Positions 9,421-19,146 of a stretch of DNA of 64,000 nt are shown here, piece after piece. Within the stretch, counting starts at the first letter, position 1; each line of letters starts with the position of its first letter. Position numbers and translations under genes: made by a program. The notes beneath the pieces are model-generated. The model worked only from the letters and a program-made list of their open reading frames with translations. It was not told the DNA's origin and did no database searches. This DNA is from Polyangiales bacterium (GTDB lineage Bacteria > Myxococcota_A > Polyangia > Polyangiales > Polyangiaceae): the NCBI GenBank assembly GCA_038230375.1, contig JBBRNJ010000013.1:70577-134576 (forward strand), given 5' to 3'.

Positions 9421-10656
9421 ATGGCTCGCTCTTCTTTCTTCTGGGTGACAGCAACGGGCTTCGCGATCGCGTTTGGTTGCGCCACGGGCACGCCGCTCGC
9501 GACCGACGGCGATCGAAACGCAGATGCCGGCGACGACGCAGGGGCCTCGCCGTGCACCCCGAACGGCCCGGAGATCTGCGACGGCCTGGACAACGACTGC
9601 AACGGCATGATCGACGAGGGCTTCGATCAGGACAAGGACACCTACTTTCAGTGCCAGCGCGGCGCGTTGCCCCCGGACTGCAACGACAAGGATCCGAACG
9701 TCCATCCCAGCGCGACCGAGATATGCAACGGCATCGACGACAACTGCGACGGCACGGTGGACGAGGGCTTCGACAAGGACAATGACCACTTCTTCGCGTG
9801 CCCGCACCCACTGAGCGACGGCGGCACATCACCGAAGGACTGCGACGACAACGACGTGAACGTGTACCCGGGCGCGCTCGAGACCTGCGACAAGAAGGAC
9901 AACGACTGCAACGGCAAGGCCGACGACATCCCCGCACAGGTCACGCTGAACGACACGTTCCAACCCGCCGTGGACCCGCACTGGGTTCCTCAGGGTGTTG
10001 CGAACATCAATCAGACCTTGGCGGGCTGGGCGCGGCTCACGCCGAACGTCACCGGGCAAGGCGGCGCGCTCTGGTGGAACACGTCGCAGGACAATTTCAC
10101 GTTCGATCATTTTCGAATGGATTGCACGATCCGGATCGTACGAAACCCCATCAACCAGGGCGCGGACGGCATGGCGTTCGTCTGGGTACCCGAGGCCAAC
10201 GCCGACGCTGGTGCGCCCGGTGTGGGCCTCCCCGGCGGAGGGTTTGGCCTGCTGAATCTCGGTGGGTACGGCGTGGCGCTCGATTCGTACATGAACGACG
10301 GCACGGAGCCAACGCCGCCATTCACCGCCGTGGTCAGTGGCACCAGCGGGATGCATCTGATCCGGAACACGACTCCGCTCGGCGCAACAGCGCCGCTCCT
10401 GGATGGCAACCCGCACGCGCTGAGCGTGACGCTCGTCACGAGCAACATCGCGCTCGGCGACGGTGGGCTAGAGCCTCAGTCCGCGGTGACCGTCACGATC
10501 GACGGCACCGTCTTCATCAACCAGTTCGTCATCCCTGGATACACGCCGTATCGGGGCAAGTGGGGCTTCACTGCAGCCACCGGCGGCCTCAGCGAAGAGC
10601 ACTACGTGACAAACGTGTCGATGCGGTTCCCCGACGGCCAAGGCTGCATTCAGTAG
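9421..10656 (+). CDS. Lipoprotein with MopE-like putative metal-binding repeats and legume-lectin-like domain
   Basis: Three EICxGxDNDCNG-type repeats; GADGMAFV and WGFTAATGG lectin motifs. Confidence 0.8.
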   Translation: MARSSFFWVTATGFAIAFGCATGTPLATDGDRNADAGDDAGASPCTPNGPEICDGLDNDCNGMIDEGFDQDKDTYFQCQRGALPPDCNDKDPNVHPSATEICNGIDDNCDGTVDEGFDKDNDHFFACPHPLSDGGTSPKDCDDNDVNVYPGALETCDKKDNDCNGKADDIPAQVTLNDTFQPAVDPHWVPQGVANINQTLAGWARLTPNVTGQGGALWWNTSQDNFTFDHFRMDCTIRIVRNPINQGADGMAFVWVPEANADAGAPGVGLPGGGFGLLNLGGYGVALDSYMNDGTEPTPPFTAVVSGTSGMHLIRNTTPLGATAPLLDGNPHALSVTLVTSNIALGDGGLEPQSAVTVTIDGTVFINQFVIPGYTPYRGKWGFTAATGGLSEEHYVTNVSMRFPDGQGCIQ

Positions 10657-10708
10657 CCGCGTCCCGTAGCCAGCGTCCCCGTAGCCAATACCGTCTATGC
10701 TGGGCCTC

Positions 10709-11947
10709 ATGGCGAAACCTGCCCGCAGCGCTGCCCTCGTGACCGGGATGGTCGTTCTCCTCGTTGGATGTGAGAAGCAGAAAGAGCCCGCAGTTCCGCT
10801 CGCCGGCCCCAGCACGGGCGAGGCCTTCGGAGGTACGCAATGCAGCTCCGTGCGGCCGCAGACCGAGCCGGATCTCATGGCGTGGGACTCCGGCTCGCGA
10901 GCGACGCTTCGAAGCATCAAGGAGCAGGGCGTGGTGGTCGTGCACTACGAGGCGCAGGGCTGCAACGTGCAGCTCCACGTCCTGCCGAACTGCGTGGCAA
11001 AAGGTACGTATGCGTTCTCACCGTACAGCGCGACCGAGACCAAGATGGCGCGCAACGCGAACGAGCTCTACGCAGAGCTGCCCGTGGGTGCCGCCAAGCT
11101 CGCCGCAAAGCTCCAGGGCTCGCACGTCATCCGCACCGACTACATGATGGCCGGCGTCGAGGCGGTGAAGATCGGCTCCACCTTCAAGCCCGACGAGCTG
11201 ATCGGCGAGTGCAGCGACGCCACCCACGTGGTCAGCAAGATCTACGTCGGCGGGTTCGCGCTCGCGGCCGGAGAGGCGCGGCTTCTGGAGGGCGGAGCAA
11301 GCGTCTTCGTGATGCCGGCGATCAGCGTGGGAGGCGGCGCCAAGACAGAGAGCTCCGTGGAGCACCTGCAGCGCGAAGGCGTCGCGAAGGCATGCGAGGA
11401 GGCGCAGGAAAAGGGAGCGCAGAGCCCGCAGTGCGCCGTGCCGCTCCGCATCGCGCTCATGGCGATCGCAGCGCCTGCGGTCGCGTCCATACCAGCTGCT
11501 CCGACGAGCACTACCAGCACTGCGAGCCCCACGACGCCCACCACTGGCAATACGTCCGCACCGCCATCACGGCTGGCGCAGCTGCAGCTGTCGCCCGTGT
11601 CCCCCACGAAGCAAGCGACCCATCATTCGATCCACTTCGCTGCAGACTCGGAGAAGGTGGAAGAGGTGGGTACGCTCATCCTCGATGACGTCGTCTCCAT
11701 GATGCAGAAGAACCCTGCGCTGAAGGTGACGATAGACGGACACACGGACAACCAGGAGGCTTCGCAGCAGGCCTTCGCGATGTCCACCCTGTCCCAGCAT
11801 CGCGCGCAGTCGGTGCTGAAATATCTGGTGGCCAAAGGCATCTCGGCCGACCGTTTGACACTGAAGCCGCACGGCCCTCTGGAGCCGCAATGTTCGAACG
11901 CCGACGACAAGGGCCGCGCGTGTAATCGTCGCGTGGAGATCTACTGA
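10709..11947 (+). CDS. OmpA-family peptidoglycan-binding lipoprotein
   Basis: Lipobox LVGC; C-terminal IDGHTD...LSQHRAQSV...NRRVEI. Confidence 0.85.
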   Translation: MAKPARSAALVTGMVVLLVGCEKQKEPAVPLAGPSTGEAFGGTQCSSVRPQTEPDLMAWDSGSRATLRSIKEQGVVVVHYEAQGCNVQLHVLPNCVAKGTYAFSPYSATETKMARNANELYAELPVGAAKLAAKLQGSHVIRTDYMMAGVEAVKIGSTFKPDELIGECSDATHVVSKIYVGGFALAAGEARLLEGGASVFVMPAISVGGGAKTESSVEHLQREGVAKACEEAQEKGAQSPQCAVPLRIALMAIAAPAVASIPAAPTSTTSTASPTTPTTGNTSAPPSRLAQLQLSPVSPTKQATHHSIHFAADSEKVEEVGTLILDDVVSMMQKNPALKVTIDGHTDNQEASQQAFAMSTLSQHRAQSVLKYLVAKGISADRLTLKPHGPLEPQCSNADDKGRACNRRVEIY

Positions 11948-11984
11948 GCCGTCAGCGCGCGAGGCGGGAACCTGCGCCTTCGCC
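11945..11984 (+). repeat. 40-bp direct repeat, copy 1 (36/40 identical to 14140-14179)
   Basis: TGAGCCGTCAGCGCGCGAGGCGGGAACCTGCGCCTTCGCC. Confidence 0.85.
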
Positions 11985-12009
11985 GGGGGTGTAAGGTCTG
12001 ACCCGCGCC

Positions 12010-14142
12010 ATGCGTTGTGATCGCTGCAAAATGACCGCCGCCAAGATTGCTTTGCTGGTGCTCGCGCTCTCGGCGAGCGCCGCGGCGTGTGTCTCCACGA
12101 CGCCGCCACGGTTCACGCCTCCGCACCGAATCCCCTTCGCCGAGCTCACTTGTGGGACGCGCGACGGGACCGCGACCTGCGCGTTCGTCGATCGCAACGT
12201 CGCTTGCTGCGCGGTGCAGGCCGACGGTACCGAGGCCTCATGGCGATGCGCCACGGACGTCGTGGGCACGCTTCACTGGTCGGGGGTACCCGAGCCGATC
12301 CCCGGCTTGATCGGCGCGGTCGAGGTCGACGTCGGGCGCATCCACACCTGTGCACGCATGATCGACGGCACCGTTCGCTGCGTCGGCTCCGACATGCACG
12401 GCGCCCTGGGGCGGGGAACGTACCGCGCGATGGACGCGATCACCGCCTTCGGCACATGGGCGCCCAACAGCAAGAGCGTGGGCGTGACCCGCGAGGGCGT
12501 GAACGGCGATCACGTCTGCGGGCTGATGGGCGACGGCGCGGTGCACTGCGCGCCCGCCTCGAAGGGCCTGCACGGCCCCGACTGCGCCGCCGAGGCGCGC
12601 GGTGATGGCGTCGGCGTGGTGTGCAACGGTCTCGTCGCCGCGGGCCTCTGTCGCATGTCTCCGGTGGCGCTCACCATCCCCGGTCTCCACGACGTCGCGG
12701 CGATCTCGGGCGACTGCGCGATCATGCGCGACCGCAGCGTTCGGTGCTGGGGTGACAACGGCACCGGCCAGATCCACCTCCCCGAGAGCGACGGAATCCC
12801 GGTGCCCACGAGCGTTCCGCAGCTCCACGACGTGCGGCAGATCGACGGCGACTGCGCGGTGATCGAGAGCACCGGCAAGCCCGATTGCTTTCGCCAGCAC
12901 CGCAACTACGTCGAGCACGCCGACGTCGCGAGTGCGCTCGCGCTCGTGGACTCGCTCACGGACGTCGAGGAGCTCCGAATGGACGCCGGGGGCTTCGGCT
13001 GCGCGCGCGCCGGCGGCAAGGTGCGCTGCTGGGGCGACAACTCGGTGGGCCAGCTCGGTCGCGGCACCCACGACCGCGAGCTCCACCCGCCGGCGAACGT
13101 TCCCGGCCTCGACGGCACGACGCAGCTCGCGGGAGACGGCGCCACGCGGTGCGCCTTGCGCGCGGGCCACGTCTACTGCTGGGGGAGAAAGCACAACGGA
13201 AGCGACGACAACGACCCGAGCAACATGGACCTGACACCGCGCGAGATCGCGGGTCTCCCGGAGGTGAAGCGCATCGCGATGAGCGGCGGCGCGACCTGCG
13301 TGATCGCACACGATGACAGCGTGTGGTGCTGGGGAAGGAGCCCGAATCGCAAGCAGGCCGAGCCGAGGAGCGTGATCGCGAAGGAGCCTCTGCGCATCGA
13401 AGAGTTCGGCCGCGTCGCCCGTCTCCGCGGCGGCGCCGGGTTCTGCGCGATCGACTTCGAAACGCGGGTGATCTGCTGGGGCGGGGCCTTCGGTGAGCCG
13501 GATCGCGTCACCGGCACCAGAAGCCCGCGCGCCTCGTTCGCTTTCGGCGACGACGACCTTCTCCCGCCGCGCCACACGACGCCACCGCGACTGGTCTGCG
13601 ACAGCACGACCTTGTTCTGCATTGGAGACTACTGCTTCGAGAGCGAGGACGCGTGCCTGGACGCGCGCGCGGCGGGGCGGTCGCGGGCACCGTGCATCAT
13701 GCAGGCGAAGCACACCTTCACGCGCGAGGTCCGTCACGGCGAGCGGACGCCAGACCCTTGCATGTGTACTGGCGACAAGTGCGTCACGGTCCCCTCTCGA
13801 TTCGAGTGCGCGCCGGTCGATCCGGAGGACGACCGAGTCATCCCGATCGCCGCGCGCGCAAAGTTCTGCGAGGCCCACCCCGGCACCAGCACGCCGGTCC
13901 CGCCCGCCCCGCGCTCGACCCACCGTGGCCGCTATTGCGCCCACTGGACGAACCGCGAGATCGAGGACTGCGGGTGCCACGTACCCGTACCGCCCCACCT
14001 CGACTCCTGCCGCTGCCCGACGATCGATGCGCCAGAGCAGGGCTGCTTCCTCTCGCTCGCGGAGTGCGAGGCCGCGCGTGCGCACTCGTCGACGCCGCAT
14101 TCCTCGTCCACCGACCCAGCCTGCGTCACCATCGAACCGTGA
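12010..14142 (+). CDS. RCC1-repeat lipoprotein with Cys-rich C-terminus
   Basis: VRCWGDNSVGQLG-type repeats; lipobox AAAC; start may be 12031. Confidence 0.85.
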   Translation: MRCDRCKMTAAKIALLVLALSASAAACVSTTPPRFTPPHRIPFAELTCGTRDGTATCAFVDRNVACCAVQADGTEASWRCATDVVGTLHWSGVPEPIPGLIGAVEVDVGRIHTCARMIDGTVRCVGSDMHGALGRGTYRAMDAITAFGTWAPNSKSVGVTREGVNGDHVCGLMGDGAVHCAPASKGLHGPDCAAEARGDGVGVVCNGLVAAGLCRMSPVALTIPGLHDVAAISGDCAIMRDRSVRCWGDNGTGQIHLPESDGIPVPTSVPQLHDVRQIDGDCAVIESTGKPDCFRQHRNYVEHADVASALALVDSLTDVEELRMDAGGFGCARAGGKVRCWGDNSVGQLGRGTHDRELHPPANVPGLDGTTQLAGDGATRCALRAGHVYCWGRKHNGSDDNDPSNMDLTPREIAGLPEVKRIAMSGGATCVIAHDDSVWCWGRSPNRKQAEPRSVIAKEPLRIEEFGRVARLRGGAGFCAIDFETRVICWGGAFGEPDRVTGTRSPRASFAFGDDDLLPPRHTTPPRLVCDSTTLFCIGDYCFESEDACLDARAAGRSRAPCIMQAKHTFTREVRHGERTPDPCMCTGDKCVTVPSRFECAPVDPEDDRVIPIAARAKFCEAHPGTSTPVPPAPRSTHRGRYCAHWTNREIEDCGCHVPVPPHLDSCRCPTIDAPEQGCFLSLAECEAARAHSSTPHSSSTDPACVTIEP

Positions 14143-14179
14143 TCCGTCAGCGCGCGAGGCGGTAGACTGCGCCTTCGCC
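14140..14179 (+). repeat. 40-bp direct repeat, copy 2 (overlaps the 3' end of the gene at 14147-15391)
   Basis: TGATCCGTCAGCGCGCGAGGCGGTAGACTGCGCCTTCGCC. Confidence 0.85.
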
Positions 14180-15391
14180 TTGCACTGTCCAGTAGACGGC
14201 CGTCTGGTCCATGACGAGCACGCGCGGGTTCTGATCCGACGTGGCGACGATCTCGCCGTTCGCGACTGCGCACTGCACGGCGCCGCTCGCGTCGATGGCG
14301 CAGCGGCGAATGCTCCCGTCCTTGAACGAGTTGCCGCTCGTTCCCAGGTCGAGCCAGTAGAGGTCCTTGTCGTCCGCGGCGATCGAATACACCTGCGACT
14401 GCATCTGCGCGGCCCCCGAGGCGCTCGTTCCGCCCTTCGCCGCCTGGTAGAGGATGTCGTAGCCGCTGATGAAGACGCTCTTCGTGTTGCCGCCGAGCGC
14501 CTCCGACGCGTTCAGGCCGGTGACGAAATCCTTGAGCGTGGCCGCGCAGCCACCGACGGCCGTGGTGCAGAAGCGCACGGAGGTCTTGCTCTCGCCGCCC
14601 CAGTAGAGGTACGTGCCGGTCACGAACGTGTTGTCGGTGTTCGGCTCGTTGGCGGAGAGGATGGTCGCATTCGCGCCAGACGCGCTCCGCGCCACGCTGC
14701 CGACCTGCACCGGTGAGAGGTAAGTCAGCGCGAAGTACACGTTGATGTTGTCCATCGAGAGACCACGCGGGATGGACGCATCCTCCATGAGCGCGCGCCG
14801 ATTGCCGCCGTCCGGCGAGATGGTCTCCAGAGCGCCCCTGCTGCCGCTCGAGCTGGAGCCCCACGAGAAGAACACGCCGTTGGAATCCGCGACCACGTCG
14901 TAGACCAGCGGATCCGCCGTGTCGGCGATCTTCGTCGCGGTGGATGGCGCGGGGGCGTTCTTCGCCATCGTGTACACCGCACCAGCGTTGATGTCGGTGA
15001 AGTAGATGTTCGTCCCGTCGACCGCGAGCCCGTAGGTGGCGAGCGCTCCGGAGAAGAGCTTCGCGGGCTGGCACTTGCTCGCCGTGCACGCGCCGCCCAT
15101 GCAGTCGTGAGCGCAGCGGCCGCAGTTCTTCTGGTCCGTCGTGAGATCTGCGCCGGGGCATGTCAGGGCGCCGTCGAGCGACGAGCCATCCGTGCTCATC
15201 ATGCCCGCGTCCTTGTCCCCGCTGGACTGGCCGTCCACTGTCGTGGGCCCGCTGTCCGTCCCGCCACCCGCGGCGTCCGCGTCGTAGGCGAGATCCCGGG
15301 TCCCGATGATCGCGTTGCACGCGACGAGGCAAGCAACGGCGGTGACACCGAGCACGCTCGCGACCCTGACTCTGCTCCGCGCTCGCAACAT
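14147..15391 (-). CDS. Lipoprotein with Cys-rich (Stig1-like) motif and beta-propeller
   Basis: LVAC lipobox; DQKNCGRCAHDCMGGAC; AVDxxxIYF/VYW blades. Confidence 0.8.
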   Translation of the reverse strand: MLRARSRVRVASVLGVTAVACLVACNAIIGTRDLAYDADAAGGGTDSGPTTVDGQSSGDKDAGMMSTDGSSLDGALTCPGADLTTDQKNCGRCAHDCMGGACTASKCQPAKLFSGALATYGLAVDGTNIYFTDINAGAVYTMAKNAPAPSTATKIADTADPLVYDVVADSNGVFFSWGSSSSGSRGALETISPDGGNRRALMEDASIPRGLSMDNINVYFALTYLSPVQVGSVARSASGANATILSANEPNTDNTFVTGTYLYWGGESKTSVRFCTTAVGGCAATLKDFVTGLNASEALGGNTKSVFISGYDILYQAAKGGTSASGAAQMQSQVYSIAADDKDLYWLDLGTSGNSFKDGSIRRCAIDASGAVQCAVANGEIVATSDQNPRVLVMDQTAVYWTVQGEGAVYRLAR

Positions 15392-15453
15392 GGCAGCCTC
15401 AGAATACAGCCTTTTGCTCGGTCCAACCAGATCTCGGTGCTAGTTTGGCGCGC

Positions 15454-16710
15454 ATGTCGAAGCGGCTCGTCACCATCACCACCACCACCGCCCTCACCGC
15501 CATCCTTGGCTCCGGTTTCGCGCTTGTCGCCGCTTGCTCCAGCTCGAGCACCACCGCATCCGTTGCCGACAGCGGCGCCCTTGATGGCGGAGACCTCGTC
15601 GCGGATGGCAGCGGTCCTGCGGATGCGGGCGCCGCCGACGGTGCTGTCCAGCCTCTCAACTGGACGTGGCAGAGCGTGGCCGGTGCGAAGTGCCGCGACG
15701 GTTCGGACACGGGCATTGCAGTGAACCTGAGCCCTGGCTCCACGAAGACAGTGATCTTCCTGGAGGGCGGCGGCGCATGCTTCACGCCCAGCTTCTGCTC
15801 CATGAACCCATCCAAGTTCGGCCCGGCCGACCTCACCGCCAGCATTGCAGCTGGAGGGCCCGCGGGCTCCGGCGGCGGCAAGAGCGGCACGGCCTTCGGT
15901 ATCCTGTCACGCAAGGACATGAAGAACCCGGTCCGCGACTGGAACATGATCTACATCCCGTACTGCACGGGCGACATCCACGGCGGCGCCAACCCCACTG
16001 GGATGGTGGCCGGCGTGTCAGGCACCCAGATGTTCGTGGGGCGCAACAACATCGCGCTCGACCTGGACGCGCTCAAGTCGCTGACGCCAGGTACCACGGA
16101 GGTCTTCCTCACGGGCGCGAGCGCGGGCGGCTTTGGCGCGGCGCTGTCCTACGATCAGGTCGCCACGTTCTACGGGCAAGTGCCGGTGACCTTGATCGAC
16201 GACTCCGGTCCGCCGATGGCCGATCCATTCCTGGCCTCGTGCCTCCAGACCAAGCTCGCCGCGCTGTGGGGCCTGGACAAGGGAGTCCTTGCCGACTGCG
16301 GCGACGACTGCAAGGCGGACGGTGGCATCGACACGGATCACTGGGCCATCAACGCCATGAAGCACATCGGCAAGAAGTATCCGATGCGGCGCCTGGGCCT
16401 GATCGAGTCCACGGGAGACCTCACCATCTCTGCGTTCTACGGCTCGGGCTACATGAACTGCACCAGCTCCTTCCCGGAGCTCGAGCCCGACTTCACGGAC
16501 GGGCTGTTCGACATCCGAACGCAGATGGCATTCGATCCGAACTTTGGAACGTTCTACTTCGGCGGCCCCGATCACCAGAGCCACACGTCTTACGAGAACG
16601 CCCTGGACACGCGCATGAGCACGAACCAGATGGATGGCGGCGCTCCCGTTTCACTCGCGGATTGGACCGCGCAGATGCTGAGCGGCAACGTGACGAACGT
16701 CGGCCCGTGA
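15454..16710 (+). CDS. Pectin acetylesterase/Notum-family hydrolase lipoprotein
   Basis: CRDGS, FLEGGGAC, IPYCTGD and nucleophile GASAGG motifs. Confidence 0.85.
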   Translation: MSKRLVTITTTTALTAILGSGFALVAACSSSSTTASVADSGALDGGDLVADGSGPADAGAADGAVQPLNWTWQSVAGAKCRDGSDTGIAVNLSPGSTKTVIFLEGGGACFTPSFCSMNPSKFGPADLTASIAAGGPAGSGGGKSGTAFGILSRKDMKNPVRDWNMIYIPYCTGDIHGGANPTGMVAGVSGTQMFVGRNNIALDLDALKSLTPGTTEVFLTGASAGGFGAALSYDQVATFYGQVPVTLIDDSGPPMADPFLASCLQTKLAALWGLDKGVLADCGDDCKADGGIDTDHWAINAMKHIGKKYPMRRLGLIESTGDLTISAFYGSGYMNCTSSFPELEPDFTDGLFDIRTQMAFDPNFGTFYFGGPDHQSHTSYENALDTRMSTNQMDGGAPVSLADWTAQMLSGNVTNVGP

Positions 16711-17562
16711 TGGCGCGCGCTTTGGCAGCGTGACGGGCTCCGTGTCCGTGGAGCCCAGTGCGCGGACGAGCGCAGCAGTGAAGGCCTCCGGCTCGTCGTG
16801 ATGTGGATAGTGGCCCGCGTTCGCGAAGCGGACCAGGCGCGCGCCCACGACCTCCTCGCAGACGCGTTCGGCCTGCGAGACCGGCAGCACCTGATCGCGG
16901 TCGCCCCAGAAGAGGGTCATGGGCGGCACGAAGGGCGCGTCGTACGCGCGATCCAGGAAGTGACGCACCTGTCCGCGGAATCGGACCACGTCACGCACGG
17001 TGCGTGACAGGGCGCGCGCCGTGCCGGGCCGCGAGTTCGCCTTTGCACGATCGGCGAGGTCCGTGTTGTCACGGCCACCGAGCGGCGCCGTCGCGTACAT
17101 GAGCGGCACGAGAAACGACTGACCGAAGAGCGGCCATACCCACGGCACCGACACCAGGCGGACCGCAAGGTTCACCTCCTTGCCGAAGCCGCCCGGCGCG
17201 ATGAGCGCAAGGTGGTCGATACGCGACGCGTGCGTGAGCGAGAGCATCTGCGCGACCCCGCCACCATACGAGTGACCCAGGACCGCGAAGCGATCGATGC
17301 CGATCGCGTCGATGAACGCCCCGAGTAGCTTCGCGTTCCAGTCAAGCGTGTAGTCTACATCTGGTCGCGCAGAGAATCCGTGGCCGGGCAGGTCGACCGC
17401 GACGACGCGATACCCGCGCTCGGCGAGCAGCGGCGTGATCGGCGCCCACGTGCGATGCCAATCCGTGAGGCCGTGCACGAGCACCACGGTGGGGCCGCTG
17501 CCCGTCTCCTCCCAGTGGAGCTCCACGCCAGAGACCTTGGTGAGGTGCGTATGCGAGCGCAT
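16651..17562 (-). CDS. Alpha/beta fold hydrolase
   Basis: HG, DLPGHG, GHSYGG, WGDRD and AGHYPH motifs. Confidence 0.9.
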   Translation of the reverse strand: MRSHTHLTKVSGVELHWEETGSGPTVVLVHGLTDWHRTWAPITPLLAERGYRVVAVDLPGHGFSARPDVDYTLDWNAKLLGAFIDAIGIDRFAVLGHSYGGGVAQMLSLTHASRIDHLALIAPGGFGKEVNLAVRLVSVPWVWPLFGQSFLVPLMYATAPLGGRDNTDLADRAKANSRPGTARALSRTVRDVVRFRGQVRHFLDRAYDAPFVPPMTLFWGDRDQVLPVSQAERVCEEVVGARLVRFANAGHYPHHDEPEAFTAALVRALGSTDTEPVTLPKRAPSRADVRHVAAQHLRGPIRE

Positions 17563-17607
17563 CGAACGAATGGCCCAGATAGCACGTCGCAGCCGTGCCG
17601 CAACAGC

Positions 17608-18303
17608 TCAGCGGGACTGCTTCGCGGCAGCAACGGCCTGCGCCAGGAGCTCGTCCTCGGTCGCGCTCGGATTGGTCGCGGTGTTCGGCGTTCCGCAGTA
17701 GCCGTCCCACGCGCAGCCAAGGCTGCGATCGCAGTCGCGGTCGATCTTGCACGCCGGCCGCTGCGAACGCATCGCCGGACAGCCCGGGAAATCCGGAGGG
17801 CAGTCCGCGGGGTCGTGACAGCGAACCGCGGGGGCATTGCCGTCGAGCGACCGTGGCCCCTCCGGCAACGAACGCACGATCGTTGCGACGTGCGGCCACT
17901 CCGGTGAGGCGCTACCAAGGACCGGCTCGCCCGCGCCATCCATCGCCAGGAAGTAGTAGCGCGTGTCGCCGGTGACGGTGCTGATGTCGCGGCAGGAGAT
18001 CTCGCCCTGCCAAGACTCACCGGCGCGCACAAGATTCAGCGCGTGAAACTGCCCCGTCCCCCACGTGCGATAGAGCACGATCACGCGCGATGCGGCATAG
18101 CGCGCAGGAAGGCGCACGCGAATGGGTAGCGCCACCAGGATCTCCTGCTCCGGTACGTACTCCACGACCACGTCCGGCGGCGGTGCCTCGACGGGTGCAG
18201 AGACCTGCCGCGTACACGCCCCGAGCGCGGAGACCGCGAGGATCGAAAGTGCGAGCACGCCCGCCGACGTAGATCGCCCCCGAGAAAGACCGGCCGTTGT
18301 CAT
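17608..18303 (-). CDS. Hypothetical lipoprotein (Ig-like domain plus Cys-rich tail)
   Basis: LGAC lipobox; DCPPDFPGC and CxxDxDC motifs. Confidence 0.65.
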   Translation of the reverse strand: MTTAGLSRGRSTSAGVLALSILAVSALGACTRQVSAPVEAPPPDVVVEYVPEQEILVALPIRVRLPARYAASRVIVLYRTWGTGQFHALNLVRAGESWQGEISCRDISTVTGDTRYYFLAMDGAGEPVLGSASPEWPHVATIVRSLPEGPRSLDGNAPAVRCHDPADCPPDFPGCPAMRSQRPACKIDRDCDRSLGCAWDGYCGTPNTATNPSATEDELLAQAVAAAKQSR

Positions 18304-18555
18304 GGTGCGTCTTTGACCCAGCTTCCACCGCGGCCTTTGGTCCGTCGCTGCGGTGAGAGCGTCCACTACTTCGCGACCGCGGTGCGCAGCGACACACTGC
18401 ACGATGATTCTGCCAGCAGGACCCGCGGCGGTGGTGCAAATGAGTGAGAAGCGGCCGATCACACCTTGATGCGGCCGAAGCGGCGACCCCGCCATCTGCG
18501 CTGAATTTCCGTCGTTTTGCGCTGCGTGTCATCGACCCGAGACATGCTGCGGCGC

Positions 18556-18571
18556 TGGCACCCTGCTTGCT
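18556..18571 (+). promoter_or_regulatory. Putative sigma54 promoter
   Basis: TGGCACCCTGCTTGCT matches TGGCAC-N5-TTGC. Confidence 0.6.
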
Positions 18572-18582
18572 GCATGAGAGGC

Positions 18583-19146
18583 ATGCTCCGCAGGTTCCTC
18601 CGCTCTCTCGTGACTGCCTCCGCGTTCGCCACGCTCGTCTCCGCAGCGGGTGTGGCGTCCGCGGAGGACAGCGCTGAGCCCTCTCGTCCCGCCGCGGTCG
18701 AGCGCGCTCGCATCATCTCGTACGTGGCCATGTCTGCAGGCGCCGCTGCCATGGCCACCGGCGTGGGCCTCTATGCCGTGGGCAGCACCTCCATGCCTGA
18801 TGGGTGTACTCTACAATCATGTGACGTGCGACGCGCGAACGGCTACCTCAGCGACGCCACCACGCCGTGTGGGCGCGACCTTCGCGCCGATGGGTGCGTG
18901 GGTAGTCCCTACAACGTCAGTCGCCAGACCGAGGCAGGCAAGTCCGAGGCCATGAAGTCCGCCGGGCTGGTGACCACCGCGCTCGGCGCCGTCGCGGCCG
19001 CGGGCGGCTTCGTGCTCTGGCTTCGCACGCCGAGCGCAGCGCCGGCAAGTCCCGGCGAGCCCCGATCGAGCAGCGTCGCGAGCGCGCACATCGTCCCGGT
19101 CGTCGGCATCGGCTACGGCGGCGTTGGCCTCTCGGCAGATTTCTAG
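18583..19146 (+). CDS. Hypothetical exported/membrane protein
   Basis: Signal peptide, two hydrophobic segments, myxobacterial-type PVVG...GLSADF C-terminus. Confidence 0.65.
   Translation: MLRRFLRSLVTASAFATLVSAAGVASAEDSAEPSRPAAVERARIISYVAMSAGAAAMATGVGLYAVGSTSMPDGCTLQSCDVRRANGYLSDATTPCGRDLRADGCVGSPYNVSRQTEAGKSEAMKSAGLVTTALGAVAAAGGFVLWLRTPSAAPASPGEPRSSSVASAHIVPVVGIGYGGVGLSADF

Noticed and set aside
10654..10688. Short duplication GCGTCCC(C)GTAGCCA x2 upstream of the OmpA gene
   Set aside because: Only two ~15-bp copies; no function can be supported.
11945..14179. The 40-bp repeats as integron attC sites or IS ends
   Set aside because: No RYYYAAC/GTTRRRY cores, no terminal inverted repeats, and no integrase or transposase in the window.
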